A stretch of 52,797 bases of DNA, the filler included, from Malassezia furfur (taxonomy: Eukaryota), in assembly GCA_052055015.1 (NCBI GenBank). It is 2 parts of 2 records of this genome, joined end to end, with 100 filler letters (N's around TTAATTAATTAA, not from the genome) between each part and the next. Parts side by side here need not be neighbours in the genome. Positions count along the whole stretch, not along the records: positions 1 to 26,385 come from JBQJIT010000126.1; 1 more part is not named here. The stretch is one strand, 5' to 3'. Of this stretch, positions 10,561 through 20,105 are shown in pieces. The notes beneath the pieces are model-generated. The model did no database searches. It saw only the letters and a program-made list of their open reading frames with translations, and had not been told where the DNA came from. The translations under genes were made by a program, and so were the position numbers. The stretch's first letter is position 1. The number at the start of each line of letters is the position of its first letter.

Positions 10561-12903
10561 ATGGCGAAGAACAAGACGCCAAAACCGCCCAAGTCGCGGC
10601 CTGCGGCGACGAGCGCGCTCGCACAGCCGCTCAAGGAGACGGCTGCAGACGCCAACATCACCGCGTTCGCCCCGGACGCGAGCGCCTTTGCGCAGCTCTC
10701 GCGCGCCGTCGACCGCTGCCGCCTGCGCGTGTACGCGGCGAGCCCGCCGGGGCTGGTCACCGACTACTTGCTGCCTGAGGGTGCACAGTGCGCGGCAATT
10801 GCCTGGACCGCGCTGCCCGCCGCGGCGCCGGCCGATGCGGCGGCGCCCAAGAAGCGCAAGGCGCAGAGCAAGTCGAGCGCCGCACAGGAGCCCTCGGCCG
10901 CTGCTCCGCTGCACATCGCGCTCGGCCTGTCAGACGGCACGGTGCTGCTGTACGCGCCGAGCCAGGCCAAGGTCGTGCGTGTGCTGATCGCCGCCGCGCC
11001 GGACAGCGCCTCGTCGGCGATCCGCAGCTTGTCGTACGACGCAGAGAGCACCCTGCTCTGGGCGGCCACCGCCAACGGCTGGGTGCACGGCTGGTCCACG
11101 GCGCAGCTCACGGGCGCCGCGAACGAGCGCGTGCCGCCCACGGTGCACTTCTTGCCCGACAAAAAGTCGCCCGTGCACCAGGTGTGCGCGCGGCCGACGC
11201 GCCTCCTCGCGGCGCACCATGCCCTTCTTTTGCTCGATACGCAGCGCGACACGCCCAAGGAGATGATGCGGTTCACCGGGCACGCGACGCCCGTTTCTGC
11301 GCTCGCATGGGCGGACGAGCAGACGGTGGTGTCTGCCGCGCTCGATGACCGCCATGTCTACGTCTGGCGCGCGGGCGACGATAAGGCCGCAGCGCAAGCC
11401 CGTGCCGTGCTCATCCTCGACGCGCCGCCGCGCCGTGTGCACGTCGCCCCCGCGTCCGCGGACGAGGCCCTGCTGGTGACTGTGTCGGAGCTGGGCACCA
11501 CGCACATTACGCAACTCCCCCTGCGGCTGCCGAGCGGGAAAAAGGGGCTGGTGACGCTCACGCCGTCGGTGCAGGTGCGCCCCACATTTGCGTCGGCAGA
11601 GCTCGTCGATGCGCACGTGTGTGCGGACGGGCAGCGCGTGCGCTTTGCGCGCGCGGTCAAGGGCGTCAAGATCGTGCTCGAAGAGGCGCCGCTGTACACT
11701 GCCGAGGGCACATTGCCCGACACGCTCTCGCTTGCGCCGAGTGCGCCCAAGACCGCCACGGCCGCCGAGCACGGCACGCAGCGGTACAAGGAGACGAACG
11801 GCGCGGCAGGCGTCCGTGCCGAAGTGCCGCAGCACGCCGCGAGCGCTGCGGCACTTGCGGGCACCGATGGGCTGCTGCCCGATGTGTCGGCGCGCGACGC
11901 CGACGACCACGACCGTCTGATGGCCGACGGCGACCTCGTGGATGAGCCGACGTTTGCGCAGCGGCTCAAGGCGCTCAAGGTGCAGCGCGGCGAGCGCGGC
12001 GCCGTCGACGCCGACGAGCCGGCAGACGCAGCGGCGGACGAGGCAGTGGTGCCGGTGGGCGGAGCGTCGCTGGCCTCCTCGCTGACGCAGGCGCTGCACT
12101 CGGGCGACCAGACGCTGCTCACCTCGTGTCTGGTGCACTCGGACCCCAACCTGATCCGCGGGACGGTGCGCCGTATCTCGGGGCCGCTTGCCGTGCGCCT
12201 GCTTGAGGCGTGTGTCGACCGCCTGAACCGCGGGGGTGTCAAGAGCAAGGGCGCCCTCGGCAGCGCACGGGCGCGGGGGATCGTCGAGTGGATGTACCAG
12301 GCGATGACGTGCCACACGGCGTACCTGATGTCGCTCCCCGACCTCGTTGCGCGCCTCGCGCAGCTGCACCACAGCCTTGCGGTGCGGCTGGCGTCGCAGC
12401 AGCGTCTGTTGGCGCTCAAGGGGCGCCTCGAGTTGGTCATGAGCCAGATCGATATGAATATGGCGTACACGGCCGACGAGACGCCGATCCAGGTGCAGGG
12501 CCAGAAGGGCAAGCGCGCCAGTGCCGCCGACGTCGAGCAGCGCCAGCACGCTGCCAACGCGCAGCAGCGCGGCCAGACGTGGGTGGAGCCGGACGAGGAC
12601 GATGTGGAGGAGATTGGGCTCGACGCAGATGACGCACAGACCATGGCGGTGGACGAGGAGTCCGACGACGACGTCGAGGACGTGTCGATGGACGACGATG
12701 ACGAGGAAGGCGAGGGCGACGAGGACGAGGACGAAGACGAAGACGAGGACGAAGACGACGACGAGTCGGACGACGACGACGACGACCTCGAAGACGAGAC
12801 GGCATACGACGTCGACGACAGCGACGCCGAGTTCTCGGACGACGACGGAAGCCAGGAGTCGCTCGAATCCGCATCGGAGAGCGGTGACGAGGACATGGAG
12901 TAG
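10561..12903 (+). CDS. UTP5: SSU processome subunit Utp5/WDR43 (WD40 + Utp12 domain + acidic tail)
   Basis: IALGLSDGTVLLY, RFTGHATPV, Utp12 domain SLTQALHSGDQTLLTSCL...LIRGTVRRI...HTAYLMSLPDL...LLALKGRLELV; D/E-rich C-terminus. Confidence 0.88.
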   Translation: MAKNKTPKPPKSRPAATSALAQPLKETAADANITAFAPDASAFAQLSRAVDRCRLRVYAASPPGLVTDYLLPEGAQCAAIAWTALPAAAPADAAAPKKRKAQSKSSAAQEPSAAAPLHIALGLSDGTVLLYAPSQAKVVRVLIAAAPDSASSAIRSLSYDAESTLLWAATANGWVHGWSTAQLTGAANERVPPTVHFLPDKKSPVHQVCARPTRLLAAHHALLLLDTQRDTPKEMMRFTGHATPVSALAWADEQTVVSAALDDRHVYVWRAGDDKAAAQARAVLILDAPPRRVHVAPASADEALLVTVSELGTTHITQLPLRLPSGKKGLVTLTPSVQVRPTFASAELVDAHVCADGQRVRFARAVKGVKIVLEEAPLYTAEGTLPDTLSLAPSAPKTATAAEHGTQRYKETNGAAGVRAEVPQHAASAAALAGTDGLLPDVSARDADDHDRLMADGDLVDEPTFAQRLKALKVQRGERGAVDADEPADAAADEAVVPVGGASLASSLTQALHSGDQTLLTSCLVHSDPNLIRGTVRRISGPLAVRLLEACVDRLNRGGVKSKGALGSARARGIVEWMYQAMTCHTAYLMSLPDLVARLAQLHHSLAVRLASQQRLLALKGRLELVMSQIDMNMAYTADETPIQVQGQKGKRASAADVEQRQHAANAQQRGQTWVEPDEDDVEEIGLDADDAQTMAVDEESDDDVEDVSMDDDDEEGEGDEDEDEDEDEDEDDDESDDDDDDLEDETAYDVDDSDAEFSDDDGSQESLESASESGDEDME
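12652..12846 (+). repeat. Coding GAY/GAR triplet-rich low-complexity tract (poly-Asp/Glu tail of UTP5)
   Basis: Runs such as GACGAGGACGAGGACGAAGACGAAGACGAGGACGAAGACGACGAC. Confidence 0.8.
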
Positions 12904-12937
12904 ACCCTCTGTATACCATCTAAAATACATCCTTCCT

Positions 12938-14500
12938 CTAGTACGGTGCACGCCCGTCGGCTCCCCGCGCATACGCCTGGTGCGCCGCGGCATAGGCGCC
13001 CAGCGAGTACGTGGTCGGCGCCGCCTGCACGGGGCGTGCGTACGACGGTGCGGCAAACGCACGCTGCACGACCTCGCCCGGCGCCGCGGCGTGTGTCGTG
13101 GCAGCGGCCGCGAGGGCGCCGGGGCCACTGCCTTCGATCCACTGCGCCGTCAGGGTATCGGCGAAGACCCGCGGACGCACGAGCGGCGCCCACGTCGCCT
13201 GCGGCTGCGTGGCCTGTGCGCCCGTCGGCATCCCCGCGGGCAGGTTCGAGAGGAAGGCGCGCGACTGCACGCCGTAGGTCGTGTCCGGGAGCGTGCCCCA
13301 GTACCCGGGCAGCGACACACCCTCGAGACTTTTGGCGAGCGCGGCAATGCTCTGGTGCCACAGTGGGTGCGCATGCCGCGTCGGTGCACGCGGCGGGTGC
13401 GGCAGCAGCAGCAGCTGCACGAGCGACGCGAGCAGGTCGTCCGCACAAGCCTGCTCCAGCGCACGCACGGCCTCCTGCTCCGACACACGGCCGTAGTCGA
13501 TGCGTGTGCGCAGCCACTGCAGCTCTTGCAGTTCCTGCACGAGCTCGGCATTGTGCGCAAGTGCCTCGTCGACACCCAGCGATGCGATCCCGGCCTGCAG
13601 AAGCTCGGGGTCTGGCGCAGGGTCCAGCGCCGCGGCCTGCGCCGCGAGGTCGTCGGCGTTCGGCTCGTCGGACGGAGTGTCGTTCTCGTCGCGATGCGCA
13701 AGCACGCGCTCTGCTCGCCGCGCGAGGCCCGCACCCCACCGCCGGTGAAGCGCCGCACGCAGTCTACGTTGGAAGACATATACCTCCTCGGTGGTGTCGA
13801 CGTCGAGCACTGCGCCCGTCGAGTCGTAGGCGGGCCCGAACGAGGAGCAATAGGGGCCATACGAAAGGAAAGTGACGGGACGCAGGTCGTCCTTGGGGCG
13901 CCCCTTGAGACGCACGCCGCGCGGCACACGCTCGCCGAGCGTCGGCGGCGGCTCGACGCCGATGGGCGGCGCAACGGCCACGAGCTCGGCGTGGCCTGTG
14001 TCAAGTGAGCGTGCCGCCTGCTCGTCCAAGCTCACGGCGTTCGTAGAGTAGTCGCCCATCGGTAGGCGCATGTGCAGCGCATACGAGTTGGTCGTTTGCG
14101 TCGGCTTGGACGGCATTTCGTCGTAGCTCTGCGCGAGTCCGACCAAAAAGTGCTGGAGCAGCAGAAGCATGGCGTGGGTGGACGTATCCTGCCGCACCGC
14201 TGCGCCGTTCTCTGCCGTACCAAGCGTGAGCGTGTGTGCCCAGAGCTGCTGCAGGGTCGTGCCCTTTTCGAGCGCATCGCGCAGCGTGCGGTGCCGATCG
14301 AGGCGCGTCTCAAGCAGGGTCGGCGCGACGCTGCCCAGGACGGCAATCAGCTTCTCGGCATCCTCGGCACGCACATGCACCGGATGCTGCGGCCACTTGG
14401 GCGCCTCCGACGCCTGCTTACGCGGCGTGGATGAGGCACGCCGCGTGTCGTGCTCGTCGTCCGCGGTCGCGACGCGCGTCGAGCGCCGAAGACTCACCAT
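12938..14500 (-). CDS. Conserved nuclear protein, probable Rsc58/BRD7-like chromatin-remodeller subunit
   Basis: 520-aa ORF from ATG 14500. Motif PVTFLSYGPYCSSFGPAYDSTGAVLD resembles, from memory, the L-x-YG-x-Y-SS-x-AP-x-YDS segment of Rsc58/BRD7. Also a coiled-coil ALAHNAELVQELQELQWLR. Confidence 0.55.
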   Translation of the reverse strand: MVSLRRSTRVATADDEHDTRRASSTPRKQASEAPKWPQHPVHVRAEDAEKLIAVLGSVAPTLLETRLDRHRTLRDALEKGTTLQQLWAHTLTLGTAENGAAVRQDTSTHAMLLLLQHFLVGLAQSYDEMPSKPTQTTNSYALHMRLPMGDYSTNAVSLDEQAARSLDTGHAELVAVAPPIGVEPPPTLGERVPRGVRLKGRPKDDLRPVTFLSYGPYCSSFGPAYDSTGAVLDVDTTEEVYVFQRRLRAALHRRWGAGLARRAERVLAHRDENDTPSDEPNADDLAAQAAALDPAPDPELLQAGIASLGVDEALAHNAELVQELQELQWLRTRIDYGRVSEQEAVRALEQACADDLLASLVQLLLLPHPPRAPTRHAHPLWHQSIAALAKSLEGVSLPGYWGTLPDTTYGVQSRAFLSNLPAGMPTGAQATQPQATWAPLVRPRVFADTLTAQWIEGSGPGALAAAATTHAAAPGEVVQRAFAAPSYARPVQAAPTTYSLGAYAAAHQAYARGADGRAPY

Positions 14501-14585
14501 CGCGGTGCTCGGCAACCGGCGCGTGCTTAGTCAGCCAAAAAAGGGCAAGGCCACGCCGCCTGGCTGTTGTGTGCGGTCTCCCAAC

Positions 14586-15846
14586 ATGGCGTGGCGTTCC
14601 GGGGCGAATGCTCCGTTGGACATTGCGACTCCCCCGCCCCCACCGATCCCATTTAATGCAGTCCGTCCGCTGCAGCATGTGCCCGGCACGCTCTCGTTCG
14701 GATTCGGATGCGGGAATGCTCTGAATGGACATCCTTCCTCCCCATACGAGGCGATCGCCGGACCGAGCGCCTGGCGCACCCCCGACTCTGCAGCTGCGCG
14801 CGCCCACACGCAGAAGCGGCGCCGCAGCTCGCCGGAGGCTGATGAGTCTGTAGAAGAGTCGGCGGTGGCCGACGATATGATGGACATCCCCGCATCGCCG
14901 ACGCTCACCAAGCGGCGCCGGGCGAGTTCTGGGCGCGTTGGTGACGAGACACAACCGCGTTCGAACCGCGCGCCACGCAAGGCACAAAACGCCGAAGTCG
15001 GCAAGTTGCTGGGTACGTATAGCGCCCTATCCCACTTACACAGCGTCGCTCGACAAACCGGCGCTCCTTTCCCTCCTGCACGAGCTGATGCAGGGCAACG
15101 AGGAGCTCACAGAGCGCATCTATACCCTTCTTCCCACACCCTCGCTCGAGAGCGTCGAGCATGCCCTCGATTCCGCCGAGGCCAAGGTCCGTGCCGCCAT
15201 TCCGCAGGCGTCCGCCAACAGCGCCGCGCCGATCCGCGACCAATACGTCTGGAGTCGCGTGCGTACGAGTCTGGCAGAGCTCGCGAGCGAGATATCGAGC
15301 TACGCCTCGGTATTCTCGCTGCACAACACACGCAACGGCACGATCCACCCCGCGACGGCGTTTACGTTCTTGCACCTGACGACGATGCGGATGATCCGTG
15401 TGCTGCGCATCCTCCCACACACGGAGCTAGCGCCGCAGTTTGTCAACCGCAAGGACCACGAGCGGCTCGAGGCGCTGTTTGTGCATGCGCTGCCCGATGC
15501 AGCGAAGCACTCGCCCAACACGGTGGTTCACACCATCCTCCCTGCGCTGCTGCGGGACTGGGACGACTGGCTGCGGGCTGTGGACCATGCGGTGAACCAA
15601 GAGGGCCGCATGTATGGCCAAGAGGTTGTCACCAGCTGGGAGCGGGGCGTTGCGTCGCTCGGCACCGCGTCCACGACGCTGGGTGCGCCGCGGAGCGTGG
15701 AGGAGCAGGTGCTGCGTGCGACGATGGACCAGGCGCTGCAGCAGATGCACAGTGCGCTCGGCTGGCTCACGGGCCCTGCGCACCGCCCGGCGTGGTCGCT
15801 GGCGCACACGAATGCGATGGAGGAAGTAGGTAGCCTATGTCATTAG
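14586..15846 (+). CDS. STS1: Nuclear proteasome tethering factor Cut8/Sts1
   Basis: Basic NLS clusters (QKRRRS, TKRRR). Intron 15013-15043 (31 nt) gives KLLASLDKPALLSLL...LPTPSLESVEHAL..AEAKVRAAIP...DQYVWSRVR, the Cut8 domain pattern. Confidence 0.75.
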
Positions 15847-16485
15847 CACAGTACATGTGGCTCAAAGGCCGTGGGCCCGGAGGGTATCTTGCTTCCATAC
15901 AGTGTCTCCAGTATGTGAGCAAATCCGGAGCGCCCACGCGCTGCGTTTTCGGCGAAGCGCGACTGGCACGCCTCTTCGACCTTGCGCGCCGCCGAGGCAA
16001 AGAGGCCAAACGCCTGGTTCTCGTTGTGCGTCAGCCCGCGGCAGTCGAACTCGGCAGACTGGTCGAAGCGCGTCTGGTTGTCCTTGTACGGGCGATAGGC
16101 CACGTCTTCCTTGACCAGCAGATAGTGGCTAAAGGACAGGCTGCGTCAGTGGGCGCCCGCGATACGTACTTGGTGCTGTCCATGTACACGGCGGGCTCGT
16201 TCGGGTCAAAGGTGATGACCTCGCGCACGTAGGTCGCTCCATCGACTCCCAGGATGCGCTTGATCCACCGCGGCGTGTGCTGCTCGACGCTGATCAGGCG
16301 CTCGGTGCGCACCGTCCCCGTCTGCGGGCAGATGGTGCGATCGAGCACATCGATGCTCTGGACGTGCTCGGTGTGGGGGTTCGGGTACTTGTACCACACG
16401 GCTACATGAGACATGACCACCTACCCGTCGCCGCCTGAACGAATGCGCAGGGGTACACTACCGACGTCGAGAACGTGAGCGGCAT
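15843..16485 (-). CDS. UPS2: PRELI/MSF1-family mitochondrial lipid transfer protein (Ups2-like)
   Basis: WYKYPNPHTEHVQSIDVLDR..RTERL..P.W; STNLSF..L.VKE; RFAENAARGRSGF. Introns 16402-16424 (23 nt) and 16141-16169 (29 nt). Confidence 0.8.
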
Positions 16486-16515
16486 TAACGTCGAAGCATG
16501 CTAGGAATTGCTGAC

Positions 16516-19063
16516 TCATCCACGTCCTTTCCGGTTGCCTGCGGTAAATACCAAAGTCCGCGCGTACTTACCTCGGCGGGGTGCCTTGCGGTCGTAGCCG
16601 GGCAGTTGCACGGTCGGCAGGCTGGTGTGCATGATGCACTCCAGGATCTGCTCCGGTGGGATCTGCGGGCCATCAAACACCTGCGCTGGCGGCAGGAGAC
16701 TGGTCTGTGAGTAGCGTTACGTACCTCAAAAAGTACAGTAGCGGCTCCGGCAGCGACGGCTGCGGCGGCGGCGTCGGCTCCATCCGAGCGCGGCGCGGCG
16801 CTTCGGCGGCAGCGTGCTTGGCCTTCTTCGCGGGCGGCTCCTTGCTTGAGGCGCGCTTGTCCTCCTTCTTGAGCGGCTCGGCATTGGCCACGAGGCTCTT
16901 GCGGATGTCCTCCATGGTCTGGCGCCCCCCGCCGCTCTTAGCGGGCTTGGACTCGGGCGCAGGCGCGGACTGCGCAGCGGGCGGCACCTCTGCCTTGGCC
17001 TCGTCAACCGCAGGCGTCTCGGCACGATCCTTGCGCCGCGTCGCTGCGCGCGAGTAGCCCAGGTCGCGCATTCGCACGGCGTCCAGCGTGCGGAAGCGCA
17101 GGCGGTCCGCCGCCGCTTCCACCTTGGACTCGTCGGGGTACAGGTCCTGCAGGCGTGTCTCGAGGCGCGTGATCGCGCTCGTGTCTCCGTAGCAGTACTC
17201 GTACTCGGCCCACCGCGCAAAGATGGGCCGTGCGCGCTCGGGCGGCAGGCTGCTCACCGTGCGCTCAAACACGGCGCGGGCGTTGGTGTCGTCGTTGATC
17301 GAGATCAAAAAGTCCAGGTAGCGCACCACGAGCTGCTCGTCCGTGCCAAAGGTACGCAGCGCCAGCTCAAACACCTTGGTCGCGACCACGGGCTCCTTGG
17401 AGCAGTGGTACTCGAGCAGGGCATTCGCCTCGTATACCGGCCACGTGCAGTGTGCCGAGCGCCGCGCGCGCCCAAACACCTGGCGCGTCGGCCGGATGCC
17501 CTCGACGCGGCGCACAAAGTGCATGTATTTGATCCACGTCTGTGCCGCGCAGTTTTTCCACTCGTCGATCTCTGTGCCGCTCTCGTCGGCGAGCCGCGCC
17601 TTACGTGCGTCGGCATCCTCGTGCAGACGCCGCTCTGCGTCGGCGAGCTCCACGGCGGAGTCGCCCTCGTCGTCCTCGGCCGTGAGCTGCTTCCGAAGAC
17701 CCTGGATCCGCCGGCGCTCCGCGGTGGTCTCTTCGTCGACGCGCGCCTGCGCCTGGTGCAGCGCGTCGAGGCGCAGGTCGAGCTCGCGCTGCAGGTACAC
17801 CACGAGCTCGTCGAGCGATGCCGTGCCGTCCGCGTACCGTCCCTGCGCACGGCATAGCTCAGCGTACCCAAAGCGCAGCAGCAGACTCCACGGGCACGCA
17901 TCGATCCCGGCGCGGTACCAGGCCAAAGCGTCCGCCTCGCGGTGCACCGACTGGCAAAAGCTCGCGGCATTGTACCACAGCACGGAGTCGAAGCGCATAT
18001 ACATCACCGCCTTGCGGTACGCGGACAGAACGCGCGACTGCAGCGCCGTTGCGTCCTCGAGCATAAGCGGGTTCTTTTCCTCCCATTCCAAGTAGCGCCG
18101 CCAGGCCTGCAGCGTCTGCCGCTCCTTGGCCGGCGGCCGCGCACCAGGCACCTGCATCACCCAGCATGGCAGGTGCGGCAGGTCGGGGCGTGCCAGGTTC
18201 TCGGTGTGCTGCTTCAGCTCACGCAGCACCGAGCGCGCCTGCATGTACCCCGGCGAGGACTCGGCGAGGAACTTTTTGGCAGTGAGCTTGTTCAGCGCAG
18301 TCTCGTACGCGTCGTATTCGCGCCAGATCGACTCGACGTTGTTCAGCGGGATAACGACGGCGCGCCGGAAGACACGGCGCAGCGCATCCATCTTCTGGCC
18401 CTCTTGCCAGGAGCCGCGCGCCTCGCGCTCGCGGATCAGGTTGAGGTAGTCGTGCCACACCACGCCGCTCTCGCGGTCCCAGCCGATGTGCTTAAGCGCA
18501 AACTCGTACGCCTCTTCCAGCACGCGCCGCGTCTGCTCGCGGGGGCTGTTGTCTTCGCCGGTGAACGGCGGCAGGGGGTTGACGCGCCGCGTGTACTGCA
18601 AATAAAACTGCCACAGATCCACACTGAGCGTCGTGCGCAAACACCGCACAAAGATGGCATCCACACGCCCAAAGTTTGAGTGCGCGAGCTCCATCTCGGC
18701 GTACGCAATCCAGTGAGACGCCTAGGTGAGCCGTTCAAAACGTACCGCATTGGGGAAGTAGGCAAAGAAACGGTCGTACACATCACGCATGGCATCGATC
18801 CCGTCCTCCTTGACGTCCTCGAGCAACGCCATCCAGTGGTCTGCGACGCGCGGCTCGCGACGCACGGCATCTTCCAGACGCTCCCGCTCGGTCTGCGGCA
18901 CTTGCGGTGCCGCACTTGGCATCGGCGCGGGCGCAGACGTCGCGTCAACACTTGCTGCTTGGATCGCACTTGGCGCACCGTGGTGCTCGCTCGGCGCTAC
19001 ATCCGCTGCTCCCGGCTGTGCGCTCGGGGCGCTGCTTGGCGCCGTCTCTGCCGCATCGGCCAT
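16516..19063 (-). CDS. RNA14: mRNA 3'-end processing factor Rna14/CstF-77 (HAT repeats)
   Basis: VDLWQFYLQYTRR, AYEFAL..IGWD.ESG.VW.DY, VIPLNNVESIWREY..YE, WIKYMHFVRR.EG, VATKVFELAL, NDDTNARAVFER, C-terminal FLSLLPPAQVFDGP. Introns 18722-18745 (24), 16700-16724 (25), 16539-16571 (33). Confidence 0.9.
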
Positions 19064-19138
19064 GGCCGCAGAAACGCACGCGGCCGATGCAACATGTTAC
19101 GGGCCTCGTAGGCCAGCGATCGGGGCCTGCCTTCCACC

Positions 19139-19849
19139 ATGACCGATGCTCGTTCACTGCTGCGCGCGGCCGCGACGCAGCGCGCGCCGCACGCCGCGGG
19201 AATCACGGACCGGTGGGCATCGTACCATCCCAAGACGGGTGCACTGCGGTGCGCTGCATGCGACATGGTCGTCGTGAAGCACGAACGGCTGTGGGGCGCA
19301 CACACGGCGTCCAAGTCGCACCGTGCCAATGTGCGCGCGATGGAGGAGCGCGAGGCACAGGAACAGACGTCTGATCGCGCGGTTGAGGAGCCTGTGGTAC
19401 ACACGGAACAAGAGGACACGCTCAAGCGCAAGGATGCGGATGAGCCCGACGTGACTGGTGCGACCGAGGTGAAGCGGACGCGCCGCGAGACGGACTCCGA
19501 GACGGACGCGGCCCCCGCCATCGACAAGGAGTGGGAAGAGTTCCAGCGGACCGTGATTGCGCCCAGTAATGCCAAGCCATCGTCGTACGATGATGCAACG
19601 ATCACTGCCGCGCCCGAGCTCGTGCGTGACCAAGTCGCCGAGGCGCCCCAGGAAGAAGAGACCGAAGAGGAGCGGCGCGCGCGCCTCGAGCGGGAGGAAC
19701 GCGAAGATATTCTTGCTCGGATCGATGCTGAGCAGCGTGCACAGGCCGAAGCTGACGAGCGGTACGTTTTCTCACTCACACGCAGAGTTCTCGCACTTCG
19801 TGCGCGGTTTGATCGGATCCGCGAGGCGCGACACCGGCGCTCCAAGTAG
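19139..19849 (+). CDS. ZNF830/CCDC16-like zinc-finger splicing-associated protein
   Basis: ARSLLR N-terminus, LRCAAC..VKHERLW..H..SKSHR zinc finger, DKEWEEFQR, C-terminal coiled coil; probable in-frame intron 19762-19785 (24 nt). Confidence 0.7.
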   Translation: MTDARSLLRAAATQRAPHAAGITDRWASYHPKTGALRCAACDMVVVKHERLWGAHTASKSHRANVRAMEEREAQEQTSDRAVEEPVVHTEQEDTLKRKDADEPDVTGATEVKRTRRETDSETDAAPAIDKEWEEFQRTVIAPSNAKPSSYDDATITAAPELVRDQVAEAPQEEETEEERRARLEREEREDILARIDAEQRAQAEADERYVFSLTRRVLALRARFDRIREARHRRSK

Positions 19850-20029
19850 ACAAGATACCCCGTCGTTAGTATGTCTATGCGCCTCTATGTTGTGTACGTG
19901 CCGCTACTTACGTGTCGCGCGAGGGCTTGATCTTCGCGCTCCCCCATGCCGCGTCCTGCGACGCGCGCGCCGCCCACGACACGACACCTCCACCGTGCGC
20001 GCCTGTCCGTGCGCACGGATCGGCCGAAA

Positions 20030-20072
20030 GAAAGTGCTGGAAAGCGCTGCGTCGGTGCGGGCAGGTATAATA
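20030..20072 (+). promoter_or_regulatory. Near-consensus heat-shock element plus TATA box of STI1
   Basis: GAAagTGCtgGAA at 20030-20042 (one mismatch to GAAnnTTCnnGAA), TATAATA at 20066-20072, ATG at 20106. Confidence 0.45.
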
Positions 20073-20105
20073 CCAAGCGCGCGCGTCGCCACTACCCCAG
20101 CCAAC

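Noticed and set aside
12652..12846. Tandem-repeat or CRISPR-like array
   Set aside because: Simply encodes the acidic tail of Utp5; no repeat-spacer structure.
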